NCBI GenBank assembly: GCA_016783645.1
Contig: JADHWD010000002.1
Coordinates: 1-45,178, forward strand
Source: a bacterium
GTDB lineage: Bacteria; Electryoneota; Tariuqbacteria; Tariuqbacterales; JADHWD01
Direction of reading: 5' to 3'
Length of the DNA: 45,178 nt
Shown: in pieces, positions 19,153 to 28,384 of the stretch
Layout of the letters: each line of letters opens with the position of its first letter
How positions within the stretch are numbered: the stretch's first letter is position 1
Notes under the pieces: model-generated
What the model was told of the DNA's origin: nothing
Seen by the model: only the letters and a program-made list of their open reading frames with translations
Databases searched by the model: none
Position numbers and translations under genes: made by a program

Positions 19153-20538
19153 ATGTTATTCCGAAAATTCAGAAAAATCCATTTTATAGGGATTGGCGGG
19201 ATTGGTATGAGCGGTATCGCTGAAATCCTGCACAATCTGGGCTTTGAAATCACGGGTTCTGACTTGCAGAAGACAGCTGTCACCGATAGATTGGAATCAT
19301 TGGGTATCAGGATATATCAGGGGCATTCTGGGGAGAATCTTGGTGAAGCAGAGGTGGCAGTATATTCCTCGGCAGTGGCAGGTGATAATTCGGAGGTGGC
19401 ATGCGCCCGTCAGCGCGGTATCCCTGTCATCCGGCGGGCTGAAATGCTGTCCGAACTGATGAGGATGAAATTCGGTATTGCGGTGGCAGGCACTCATGGA
19501 AAAACTACCACTACCTCCATGATCGGCACGGTGCTGGAGCATGCGGGGATGGACCCAACAGTAATTGTGGGAGGCTTATCGCCGGTCACCGGCAGTAACG
19601 CCCGTTTGGGAAAGAGTGAATTTTTAGTGGTGGAAGCTGACGAATTCGACCGCTCCTTTCTCAAACTCACTTCCACCATCGCAGTTATCACAACCTTGGA
19701 ACTGGAACATCTTGACTGCTACAGCGATATGGATGATTTGAAACGCGCCTTCGCCGAATTCGCCAATAAAACACCTTTTTTCGGCACCGTAATACTATGT
19801 ATCGATGAACCGGCGGTCAGAGATTTACTGCCTTTAATCGACAGGCCTAAACTTACATACGGCTTCGATTCAAACGCGGATATCAGATGCGGCAGGATTG
19901 AAATCTCCGGGATGAAATCCCGCTTCCAGATATATAATAAGGATGAAGAACTAGGCTGGGCGGAATTAGCTGTTTTAGGCAGACATAACATAAAAAACGC
20001 TTTAGCCGCGACCGCCGCCGCTTTGGAACTTGACATACCGTTCACAAAAATAGTCGAGGGATTGAAGAAATTCACTGGAGTTAAGCGCCGATTTGAGATA
20101 AAAGGAGAAATCGGAGGGGTGATGGTGGTCGATGATTACGCTCATCATCCCACCGAAACGGCGGTCACTCTCGAAGCGGTCAGGAATAGTTTCGACCGCC
20201 GTATTATCGCGGTTTTCCAGCCGCATCTTTACAGCCGCACCAGAGATTTTCATGAAGATTTCGGAAAATCTTTTAAGAATTCGGATATACTGATATTAGC
20301 CCCCATCTATCCCGCCAGAGAAAAGCCGCTGCCGGGTGTCTCCACCGTTTTGATAGCGGAGGCGGCGCGGAAAGCGGGTCATCCTGATGTCAGATATATT
20401 GAAAATAAGGATTTTATCGCTAAAGAATTAGCCGTATTGGTGAAACCAGGGGATATTGTGATCACTATGGGAGCCGGTGATATATGGAAGAGCGGTGAAG
20501 AATTGTGCGGAATTCTCAAGGAATTTGACAAGGGATGA
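19153..20538 (+). CDS. murC: UDP-MurNAc:L-Ala ligase
   Basis: IHFIGIGGIGMSG, GTHGKTTT, EADEFD and DDYAHHPTE motifs. Confidence 0.97.
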   Translation: MLFRKFRKIHFIGIGGIGMSGIAEILHNLGFEITGSDLQKTAVTDRLESLGIRIYQGHSGENLGEAEVAVYSSAVAGDNSEVACARQRGIPVIRRAEMLSELMRMKFGIAVAGTHGKTTTTSMIGTVLEHAGMDPTVIVGGLSPVTGSNARLGKSEFLVVEADEFDRSFLKLTSTIAVITTLELEHLDCYSDMDDLKRAFAEFANKTPFFGTVILCIDEPAVRDLLPLIDRPKLTYGFDSNADIRCGRIEISGMKSRFQIYNKDEELGWAELAVLGRHNIKNALAATAAALELDIPFTKIVEGLKKFTGVKRRFEIKGEIGGVMVVDDYAHHPTETAVTLEAVRNSFDRRIIAVFQPHLYSRTRDFHEDFGKSFKNSDILILAPIYPAREKPLPGVSTVLIAEAARKAGHPDVRYIENKDFIAKELAVLVKPGDIVITMGAGDIWKSGEELCGILKEFDKG

Positions 20539-20542
20539 TGAG

Positions 20543-21478
20543 ATGGAAAGGCGGGATAGAAACGGAGAGGATTTTCATGAGATTGAGCATCCGGAATCAC
20601 GCAGATTGAGTGAATTCACTTCCTATCGCGTAGGGGGTCCCGCGAAGCGGATTTTAGTTCCTCGACACAAAGAGGAGCTTGTTAGTATTATCCGCTTGCT
20701 GAAAGATGAAGCGGAGGATTATTATATCATCGGCGGAGGATCAAATTTATTGGTCTCCGATAGAGGCTTCGACGGCGCTGTCATCCTTATGACTGAATGC
20801 TGTCTGGATTTGCAGATTGAAGACGGGGAGGTTCACTGCGGTTCCGGCATAGAACTTTTAACGCTGATAAGCGCCGCAATAAACTCTGGTTTAGGCGGAT
20901 TAGAACGATTAGCCGGTATTCCGGGGACTGTCGGCGGGGCGTTGATGATGAACGCCGGCGCTTACGGCAGTGAAATATCCGACAGATTGAAAAGGGTCGA
21001 AATCCTTGACGAGAATGGAAAATTCATGGCGCTTGATAAAGATAAAATCGGTTTTTCTTATCGTAACGCTCCCGGATTGGAAAACAAATTTATACTATCC
21101 GCAGAATTTGAACTGCAACCCGGCGAATGGGTCGGTCCCGCTAAGATGGCGGTGGAAATAATGAGGATGCGCGCCGCCAAGCAGCCTCTGGAATATCCCT
21201 CTGCAGGATCAGTATTTAAGCGTAATTCCGCAGGTCCCGCCGGAATGTTCATAGAATGGGCGGGATTGAAAGGGATGAGATTAGGGGGAGCGCAGATATC
21301 GGAAAAACACGCCAATTTTATCATTAACCGCGGCGGCGCTAAAGCTCTGGAAATTTTAACATTAATGAAAAGAATGCAAAAAATGGTATATGAGAAATAC
21401 GGAATAGAACTGGAATTGGAACAGCGTCTGATAGGATTCACTCCTGAAGAGCTGGAAAATCCTGAGGCTTTTCTATGA
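20543..21478 (+). CDS. murB: UDP-N-acetylenolpyruvoylglucosamine reductase (start moved to ATG 20543 to remove the overlap with murC)
   Basis: TSYRVGGPA, GGGSNLL, GIPGTVGG..MNAGAYG, PSAGSVFK and KHANFIIN motifs. Confidence 0.93.
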   Translation: MERRDRNGEDFHEIEHPESRRLSEFTSYRVGGPAKRILVPRHKEELVSIIRLLKDEAEDYYIIGGGSNLLVSDRGFDGAVILMTECCLDLQIEDGEVHCGSGIELLTLISAAINSGLGGLERLAGIPGTVGGALMMNAGAYGSEISDRLKRVEILDENGKFMALDKDKIGFSYRNAPGLENKFILSAEFELQPGEWVGPAKMAVEIMRMRAAKQPLEYPSAGSVFKRNSAGPAGMFIEWAGLKGMRLGGAQISEKHANFIINRGGAKALEILTLMKRMQKMVYEKYGIELELEQRLIGFTPEELENPEAFL

Positions 21479-22203
21479 GACGCCGCAGGAAGAAAAATCC
21501 CTGGAACGCGGTTCTGCTTCTGCTGTTCATCGGAATCGGTGGTTTCGCTTTATGGAAATTAGTGTTCTGGTCTTTACAAACGGAATCCTTCGCAGTGAAG
21601 CAGGTGAATATAAAGGGATTGAGATATCAGGATAAAACATCGGTCTCAACTATCATAAATTCGGCGCTGGGGCAGAATATTTTCAGAGTCGGATTGGATT
21701 CATTAGAAATGCGGGTGGAAAGACTGCCTTGGATTAAGAAGGCGAGATTATATCGTTCCTTTCCGGCGCATTTGAATTTAGTTGTAGAAGAGCGGTCATT
21801 GATAGCGGCGCTTAACCGCGGCGGCAGATTGATCGGTGTGGACTGTGATGGCAACACCACTGCGGAACTGCGTCCGGGCGAGGTATTCGATCTCCCTATA
21901 ATATCTAAACTACGCAGCGGAGAAAAGGAGATGAAACAAGCTGTCGATTTCCTAACCGCGGCCTATACTCTCAGCCCCGCTATCTATTCCCGCATCTCTG
22001 AAGTCACCATGTACCAAGGTAAATTGGCGGTTTTAATGGGGGAGAACGCTCAATTAATCATAATCGGCGCCGGGCAATATGCGAATAAGTTAATCAAATT
22101 ATGGGCGCTTCTTGAAAAATCAGATTGGAAACCCGGCGCTTATTCGATTATTGATCTAAGATTTTCCCGGCAGGTGATATTGAAAAAAGACGGAAATTCG
22201 TGA
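21475..22203 (+). CDS. ftsQ: Cell division protein FtsQ/DivIB
   Basis: One TM segment, POTRA-like region (LPWIKKA..R.FP..L...EER), C-terminal IDLRF; position before ftsA. Confidence 0.85.
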   Translation: MRRRRKKNPWNAVLLLLFIGIGGFALWKLVFWSLQTESFAVKQVNIKGLRYQDKTSVSTIINSALGQNIFRVGLDSLEMRVERLPWIKKARLYRSFPAHLNLVVEERSLIAALNRGGRLIGVDCDGNTTAELRPGEVFDLPIISKLRSGEKEMKQAVDFLTAAYTLSPAIYSRISEVTMYQGKLAVLMGENAQLIIIGAGQYANKLIKLWALLEKSDWKPGAYSIIDLRFSRQVILKKDGNS

Positions 22204-22361
22204 GAAACAATATTACTAAATAGTGTTTTATTCATGTGTGCGAGTCTTAGCATAACGGATTTTAAAATTATAAGAATTGCAAAATGATTTTTCTTGCCCC
22301 ATTGACTTAACAACTTGCAGACTTGCAGACATATTTTAAAAAATTAAAGAGGTATCCTGTG

Positions 22362-23624
22362 ATGCAAGGCAGTCGAAAAATAGTGGGATTAGATTTAGGA
22401 ACTACCAAAGTTTCCTGCATCATCGCCGAAGTGGACGAAGACGGTATTCCTTCGATTGTAGGAGTGAGCAGTTATCCCGCTCAGGGGATGCGGCGCGGTG
22501 TGGTGATAAATATTGAACAGACGGCGGCGACTATTGAAAAAGCGGTTGCGGAAGCTGAAAGGATGGCCGGCACAGAGGTCTCAGCGGTTTATACCGGAAT
22601 AGCCGGCGACCATATCCGCAGTATCAATTCCCGCGGAGTCATCGCCATCACCCGCCGGGGCGGGAATGTGAGTCAGAATGAAATCCGCCAGGATGATGTA
22701 GACCGGGTGGTAGAAGCGGCGAAAGCGGTGTCCATGCCTATGGATAGGGAAGTGATTCATGTGATAGTCCAGCAGTTCATCGTCGATGACCAAAAAGGGA
22801 TTAAAAATCCGGTAGGACAAGCCGGTGTGAGACTTGAGGCGGATGTTCACATAATCACCGGAGCGGTCGCTTCCGCACAGAATGTCTACCGCTGTGTGAA
22901 AAGAGCGGGTATCACGGTCAGAGATTTGGTGTTAGAACCCTTGGCTTCCAGTTATGCGGTATTAGAGGAGAACGAGCGGGAATTGGGAGTGGGGATGATA
23001 GATTTAGGCGGAGGCACCAGCGATATCGCTATTTTCGAGGATGGTGTGATCAAACACACTCATGTGCTGGCGGTCGGTGGGCAGTTAGTCACCAGAGATA
23101 TAGCTATCGGACTCAACATACCGCTGGATCAGGCTGAAAAATTGAAACTCGAACACGGCTTGGCGCATCCATCATTGGTGAAAGAGGATATAGAGATTAA
23201 ATTACCGAAATTCGGCAGCCGTCCCGCCAGCAGTATCGCCGCTTCGGAACTGACCGGAATTATCCATTTCCGGATGCGGGAGATATTTGAATTCGCCCGC
23301 GATGAAATCATCAGAATGCTCGGCGCTAATTATCAGCAGAAACTGCCGGCGGGTTTAATATTAACCGGCGGAGGCGCACTCCTGCCGGGCACCGATATCC
23401 TCGCCGGTGAAGTGCTGGGATTCCCTGTGCAGATACGGGGATCGCTGGGTGTCAGCGGTTTGACCAGCTTGGTAGACAGCCCGGTCTACGCCACCGGAGT
23501 CGGTCTGATTCTATACGGAATGAAATTCGGCGGCGATACCGATGCTTTCCTCGGCGATGAAAGCAAAGTCTTTGAAAAAATCCTCAACCGCATGAAACGC
23601 TGGTGGGATGAGTTTTTCACTTAA
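22362..23624 (+). CDS. ftsA: Cell division protein FtsA (start at ATG 22362 after an AGAGG RBS)
   Basis: GLDLGTTK, IDLGGGTSD and LTGGGA motifs; amphipathic C-terminal helix. Confidence 0.95.
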   Translation: MQGSRKIVGLDLGTTKVSCIIAEVDEDGIPSIVGVSSYPAQGMRRGVVINIEQTAATIEKAVAEAERMAGTEVSAVYTGIAGDHIRSINSRGVIAITRRGGNVSQNEIRQDDVDRVVEAAKAVSMPMDREVIHVIVQQFIVDDQKGIKNPVGQAGVRLEADVHIITGAVASAQNVYRCVKRAGITVRDLVLEPLASSYAVLEENERELGVGMIDLGGGTSDIAIFEDGVIKHTHVLAVGGQLVTRDIAIGLNIPLDQAEKLKLEHGLAHPSLVKEDIEIKLPKFGSRPASSIAASELTGIIHFRMREIFEFARDEIIRMLGANYQQKLPAGLILTGGGALLPGTDILAGEVLGFPVQIRGSLGVSGLTSLVDSPVYATGVGLILYGMKFGGDTDAFLGDESKVFEKILNRMKRWWDEFFT

Positions 23625-23960
23625 ACGCGCTATGCGCTGCCGGTGCACGATGAAGCATGAAAATAGTTTCAAGGGCATCCGCAAGGGATGCCCCTACAAT
23701 ATTATTGTTCTGCCAGGTCTTGTCCCAGCTTAACGGGATGTGACCTGGCAGCGTCAGATCACACTTGCGTTTCCGTAAGAAGGTACTGTCGCAACGATAG
23801 AACAATGTTCTGTCCATACCGGATTCCCGCCTGTGCGGGAATGGCGGCGTTCCCTCTCGTTCCCACGCTCCAGCGTGGGAATGCATACCTAATTCTCATT
23901 CCCACGCTGAAACATGGGAATGAGAAAGCAGCTAACAGCTAATAAATATTTTCAATGTAT
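23622..23960 (+). mobile_element. L/R cassette copy 5 (cargo F, I, dRS3-like palindrome, two TTCCCACGCT palindromes, heptamers)
   Basis: Left end begins at the ftsA TAA and ends CATGAAAATAG at 23666; right end ATTTTCAATGTA at 23948-23959. Confidence 0.65.
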
Positions 23961-24049
23961 CAACAAATGAACACGAACAGTATAGTCATTTCTCAATTCA
24001 TTAAGGAGTACGGTATGAAAGGAAGAAGTTTATTACAGGAGGGCAGCCG

Positions 24050-25231
24050 ATGAGTGAACGATTCAAATTGGAATTGGCTGACGGATTTGAACAGCACGCC
24101 GAGATTGTGGTGGTCGGCGTGGGCGGAGCGGGCAAAAATGCGGTCAACAACATGATTAATTCCGGCATGAGCGGGGTTGATTTCGTAGTGGTGAACACCG
24201 ATGTGCAGGCATTGGAATCCAGTTTGGCTGACCGCAGAATCCAGATAGGCCGTAACATCACCAAGGGATTAGGCGCCGGAGCTAATCCGGAAATCGGCCG
24301 TCAAGCTATCGAAGAAGACCGGGACTCGGTGGCTGACGCTATATCCGGTGCGGATATGGTATTTATCACCGCCGGTATGGGCGGCGGGACTGGCACCGGA
24401 GCCGCGCCGGTGATAGCGGAAATCGCCCGTGAAAACGGAGCTTTGACGGTCGGAGTCGTCACCAAACCCTTCATGTTTGAAGGCGCTAAGCGCAACCAGA
24501 GAGCTGCCGCTGGTATCGAAGAATTAAAAGGGAAAATCGATACTTTAATCGTGATACCCAATCAGCGGTTATTGGAGATTGTCCCTGAAGACGCTCCTCT
24601 GCAGGAAGCATTCAAGAAAGCCGATGATGTTTTACTGCAGGCGACCAAAGGAATATCCGATTTAATCACCATACCGGGACTGATAAATCTCGATTTCGCC
24701 GATGTGAAGACGGTGATGTCGGAGATGGGAGACGCTTTGATGGGGATCGGTAAGGGCGAAGGCAGTAACCGCGCTGTAGAAGCGGCGAAGAATGCCATCA
24801 CCAGCCCCTTGCTCGATGAAATCAACATCAAAGGCGCTAAAGGTGTTCTCATCAATATCACCGGCGGATCCAGCCTGTCGCTTCATGAAGTGGGCAAAGC
24901 CACTGATATCATCTACCAAGCCGCCGGCAATGACGCCAATATTATCTTCGGCGTCGTCATCGATCCCAGCATGAACGATTCGATCAATGTCACTGTCATC
25001 GCTACCGGATTCAACGAAAACGGCCGGAAGCAGATTATAAGACCCGGAATAGAAAGGATCACCAGCTTCCAGCCGTCTGACGAGGAAGTCCATAATATCC
25101 CCTCTATCCATCGTAAAAGATATCCCCGCAATGTCGATGAACATCGGCTGGATTCCAACACTGTGGAGGCTTTTAGCCTTGATGAACTTGAAATACCGAC
25201 ATTCATCCGCCGCTCAAAAGTAGGGAACTGA
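24050..25231 (+). CDS. ftsZ: Cell division protein FtsZ
   Basis: [16 protein letters not shown] and C-terminal [10 protein letters not shown] motifs; GGAGG RBS. Confidence 0.98.
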   Translation: MSERFKLELADGFEQHAEIVVVGVGGAGKNAVNNMINSGMSGVDFVVVNTDVQALESSLADRRIQIGRNITKGLGAGANPEIGRQAIEEDRDSVADAISGADMVFITAGMGGGTGTGAAPVIAEIARENGALTVGVVTKPFMFEGAKRNQRAAAGIEELKGKIDTLIVIPNQRLLEIVPEDAPLQEAFKKADDVLLQATKGISDLITIPGLINLDFADVKTVMSEMGDALMGIGKGEGSNRAVEAAKNAITSPLLDEINIKGAKGVLINITGGSSLSLHEVGKATDIIYQAAGNDANIIFGVVIDPSMNDSINVTVIATGFNENGRKQIIRPGIERITSFQPSDEEVHNIPSIHRKRYPRNVDEHRLDSNTVEAFSLDELEIPTFIRRSKVGN

Positions 25232-25303
25232 GAGGATAAGAAGATATTAAATTGGATAATATTTTTAATAACCCTCAGCGCTTTCATGCGCACCTCCAAG
25301 CCC

Positions 25304-25441
25304 CATAAGCGCTTAAATAAGCGGAATTGAATGTTCTTGTAAGGGCGAAGCATTTTAGGTTAACAATAAAAATATTAATCACTTACAAAAAATGCTTCGC
25401 CCCTACATCCCTTGAATATATGTCTTAATTAAGCGCTTATG
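25304..25441 (+). mobile_element. 138-bp MITE, copy 2, with TIR CATAAGCGCTTAA(A/T)TAAG and an 11-bp TSD
   Basis: CCTCCAAGCCC at 25293-25303 and 25442-25452; CAT ends with an 11-bp TSD resemble IS4-family (IS231-like) elements. Confidence 0.85.
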
Positions 25442-25754
25442 CCTCCAAGCCCCCTTCATCCGAAGGGGGTTATTATTACAAAAGAAACAAAATAGGTTCA
25501 GTGATAGTTAAATTACTCAATCCGCTAAATTCACTGTGAATATTTAAAACCCGGATTCTGGGTTATGTGCTTAAAATATTCACCCGGTTGCTGATAATTT
25601 TATTTTTTTCTCTGATAATGTTGAAATTCATTGATATTAGTGTAATTGTATATTTTAATTGAATATGCATCTGCGCAATCAGTGAAAATCTGCGTTAATC
25701 TGCGGTTCAGATACTGGTTTACACAGAATCGAGGTAAAATAGTTAAGTAAAATA

Positions 25755-27275
25755 ATGTCTTCACATACGCCTAAGACTTCAAGCGAAAGACACCTGTATC
25801 AATATCAGTCCGGCAGATTCAAAGTCAGCCTGTTTTATCCGAACAGTTACCAGACAGCTATGGCGAGTCTGGGATTTCAGACGGTCTATCATTGTTTCAA
25901 TTCCCAGCCGGAATTCAGCGCGGAGAGGATATATTGGGATAATTCAGGACGGCCTTCAGCTTCCGTCAGTGGAGAAATATTAGCGCTGTCGATTTCTTAT
26001 GAACTGGATATTTTGAATTTCATTAAAGCCTTGATAAAATGGGGAATTGAACCTTTTGCTGATAAAAGGTCAGGACCTCTAATTGTTACAGGCGGGATAT
26101 TGACACTGATAAATCCTCTGCCTTTGGCTCCTTTCGTCGATTTATTTCTCATAGGAGATGGCGAGCATCTGATACCACGGTTCCGCCGGACATACCAAAG
26201 GTATTATCTGGAAGGGAAAGCGAAACTACTGGAGGAATTATCCAAAATCGAAGGATGCTGGGCGCCGGCTTTAGGCAAACCTCAGAATATCACACCGGTA
26301 TCGTATCCTCGTTCCAGCCCTTTGCATTCAGCGGTGATCACTCCCGACAGCCATTTCGGCGATATGTTTCTGATCGAAGCCGGCAGGGGATGTCCCCGCA
26401 AATGCAGGTTCTGCGCCTCCTGCCATATTCATAGATACGAATATCACCCGCCGGCTGATTTGATAGAAACTGTGAAACGGCACATCAATCCCCCGGCATT
26501 GGTGGGATTGATAGGATCAGCCCTCTCGGATTATCCTTACCTGAAAGAGTTGATAGGATATCTCGCCGGTAACGGTTATAAGATTTCCACATCCTCTCTG
26601 CGGGTCGATGCGGTCGATGATACGATTTTGAAGTATTTGGTGAACAGCGGTATGCGCACTTTGACAATTGCTCCGGAAGCTGGTTCTTTAAGATTGCGCA
26701 GGATAATCGGTAAAGGTATGAGCGACGCTCTGATTAAACGGGCGGTTAAAAAGGCGCGGGAAGCCGGATTCAATCGACTTAAGCTCTATTTTATGATAGG
26801 TCTACCCGGGGAAACCGACTCTGACATCGATGCGTTAATCAAGCTTGTTGAAGATATGTCGGAGATCTATAATTCCGGCGGACTGGAATTATCCCTCAAC
26901 GCTTTTATTCCTAAACCTCACACACCCTTCCAATGGGCGCCTTTCCGTGGTGAACCTTATTTAAAGAAAGTGCGAAAGAGAATCAAACAGGCTTTGCCGA
27001 AAATTAAATTCATACCGCGCAGTTCCGGGCAGGAAAAACTGCAGGCGCTTTTATCACTTGGTGACGAACGGATAGGGACTGCATTATATGAAAACATCAC
27101 TAAGGGGATATCGATACCGGCTGTTTTAAAAGACTTGGGAGTCAATATTGAAGAAACATTAGGATTAAAGGGCGCGGAATATCAACTGCCTTGGCGCGGT
27201 TTTCAATCCATCTTCGACACCGATTTTCTCTATAAGCAATGGCGGAAAGCGCAGATACTGGCTGAACTAACATGA
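25755..27275 (+). CDS. Radical SAM protein with a B12-binding-like N-terminal region
   Basis: RGCPRKCRFC (CxxxCxxC), YPNSY..AM.SLGFQ, TIAPEAGS and FIPKPHTPFQW motifs. Confidence 0.85.
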   Translation: MSSHTPKTSSERHLYQYQSGRFKVSLFYPNSYQTAMASLGFQTVYHCFNSQPEFSAERIYWDNSGRPSASVSGEILALSISYELDILNFIKALIKWGIEPFADKRSGPLIVTGGILTLINPLPLAPFVDLFLIGDGEHLIPRFRRTYQRYYLEGKAKLLEELSKIEGCWAPALGKPQNITPVSYPRSSPLHSAVITPDSHFGDMFLIEAGRGCPRKCRFCASCHIHRYEYHPPADLIETVKRHINPPALVGLIGSALSDYPYLKELIGYLAGNGYKISTSSLRVDAVDDTILKYLVNSGMRTLTIAPEAGSLRLRRIIGKGMSDALIKRAVKKAREAGFNRLKLYFMIGLPGETDSDIDALIKLVEDMSEIYNSGGLELSLNAFIPKPHTPFQWAPFRGEPYLKKVRKRIKQALPKIKFIPRSSGQEKLQALLSLGDERIGTALYENITKGISIPAVLKDLGVNIEETLGLKGAEYQLPWRGFQSIFDTDFLYKQWRKAQILAELT

Positions 27276-27276
27276 T

Positions 27277-27440
27277 TTACCTTGAAAATAGATGGAAGGG
27301 CGGGTTATAAACCCGCCCCTACGAAGGGCGATGTAGGGGTGGGTTTTTAACCCACCCAAAGATTATCCGGTTTCGGAGAAACCGGGCTACCACCGCTATT
27401 TTCATGCTAAGTTGTCAGCCGTACGGCTGATGGGGGTTTA
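27277..27440 (-). mobile_element. L/R cassette copy 6, minus strand (cargo H plus a GTAG REP pair)
   Basis: Left end is the reverse complement of 27396-27440; right end is the reverse complement of TTACCTTGAAAAT (27277-27289). Confidence 0.7.
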
Positions 27441-27562
27441 TCTTGAAAATAGGGTTTAAGGGCTGGGGTCTAGGGTCTAATACCTTGTTCCGGCAGGTTT
27501 TGCACGCCATAAGCGGGTGTGACCTGCCAGTGTTGTCCCGGTTTCGCAGAAACCGGGCTGCC
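27438..27562 (-). mobile_element. Right part of a tandem cassette (H-I-J plus right end)
   Basis: About 120-bp inverted homolog of 6622-6745, fused to the left end of copy 6. Confidence 0.7.
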
Positions 27563-27779
27563 TTAAAACTAAGAGAATGGAGGTATTTTTAGTATATCTT
27601 TTCTTTACCCTTGACCCATTACCATGTTTTCATAAATCAAAAAAATCATAATAAATTATCAGATAACGGGAACCGGTGAATAAAGATCAAGTTTAATCTA
27701 TTGTGAAGATTTGCTTTTTTCAAATGAAAAAATTATATTTTTCAAACTTGATTAAATCACTAAAGCAAATCACGATAAT

Positions 27780-27944
27780 ATGCTGAAAAAAGAATTATTG
27801 GATATTCTCGCCTGCCCCAAATGTAAAGGGGATCTGGAGTATGATCAAGAGAACGAGGTTCTCATCTGTCATGCCTGCCGTTTGAAATATGAGGTCAAGG
27901 ATGACATTCCTATCATGCTCATAGACGAGGCGGAAAGTTTTTAA
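27780..27944 (+). CDS. Trm112/YcaR family protein (54 aa, not in the ORF track)
   Basis: [19 protein letters not shown]...[27 protein letters not shown]. Confidence 0.9.
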   Translation: MLKKELLDILACPKCKGDLEYDQENEVLICHACRLKYEVKDDIPIMLIDEAESF

Positions 27945-28067
27945 CTAGGATTAAATTCATAGACGGAGCAGCTTATATAACAGTTCGTTAAAGGTTTTTT
28001 ACACATGTGTCAGCTTCCCATTGTATCGTAAATCATTGTGCATTCGCCTTTAACGAATTTGTGTTCA

Positions 28068-28102
28068 AACCGGATATTCGCGGCGGATGTTCGGTTTTTT
28101 TT
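28068..28102 (+). terminator. Probable intrinsic terminator
   Basis: AACCGGATATTCG / CGGATGTTCGGTT stem with G-U pairs, followed by a T run. Confidence 0.65.
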
Positions 28103-28122
28103 ATTTCAAGAGGTTCAGGCAG

Positions 28123-28349
28123 GAGAAACTCTCAAACTCCTTCAATACGCCGCCAAGCATGAATATAATCTCAAGGGCGACCGCAAGGGTCGCCCCTACA
28201 TGTCAGATGTTATTTGTAGGAGCAGACCAATGTGTCTGCCTTTAATTCAGTAGCCCGGTTTCTCCGAAACCGGGGAATTATTAGAGATATGAGACAGGAG
28301 ACCTGAGACTTCAATCGAAACTCGCAACTCGAAGTTATTTTCAGAAAAA
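28123..28349 (+). mobile_element. L/R cassette copy 7, degenerate ends (cargo F, GTAG palindrome, H, heptamers)
   Basis: GAGAAACTCTCA...CCAAGCATGAATAT left end; TATTTTCAGAAAAA right end; cargo matches copy 2. Confidence 0.55.
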
Positions 28350-28384
28350 AAACTTCCTTCAAAATTATTAAAATTTTTTCACTG

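Noticed and set aside
24001-25353. Antisense ORFs over ftsZ and other long genes
   Set aside because: Shadow frames of conserved coding sequence.
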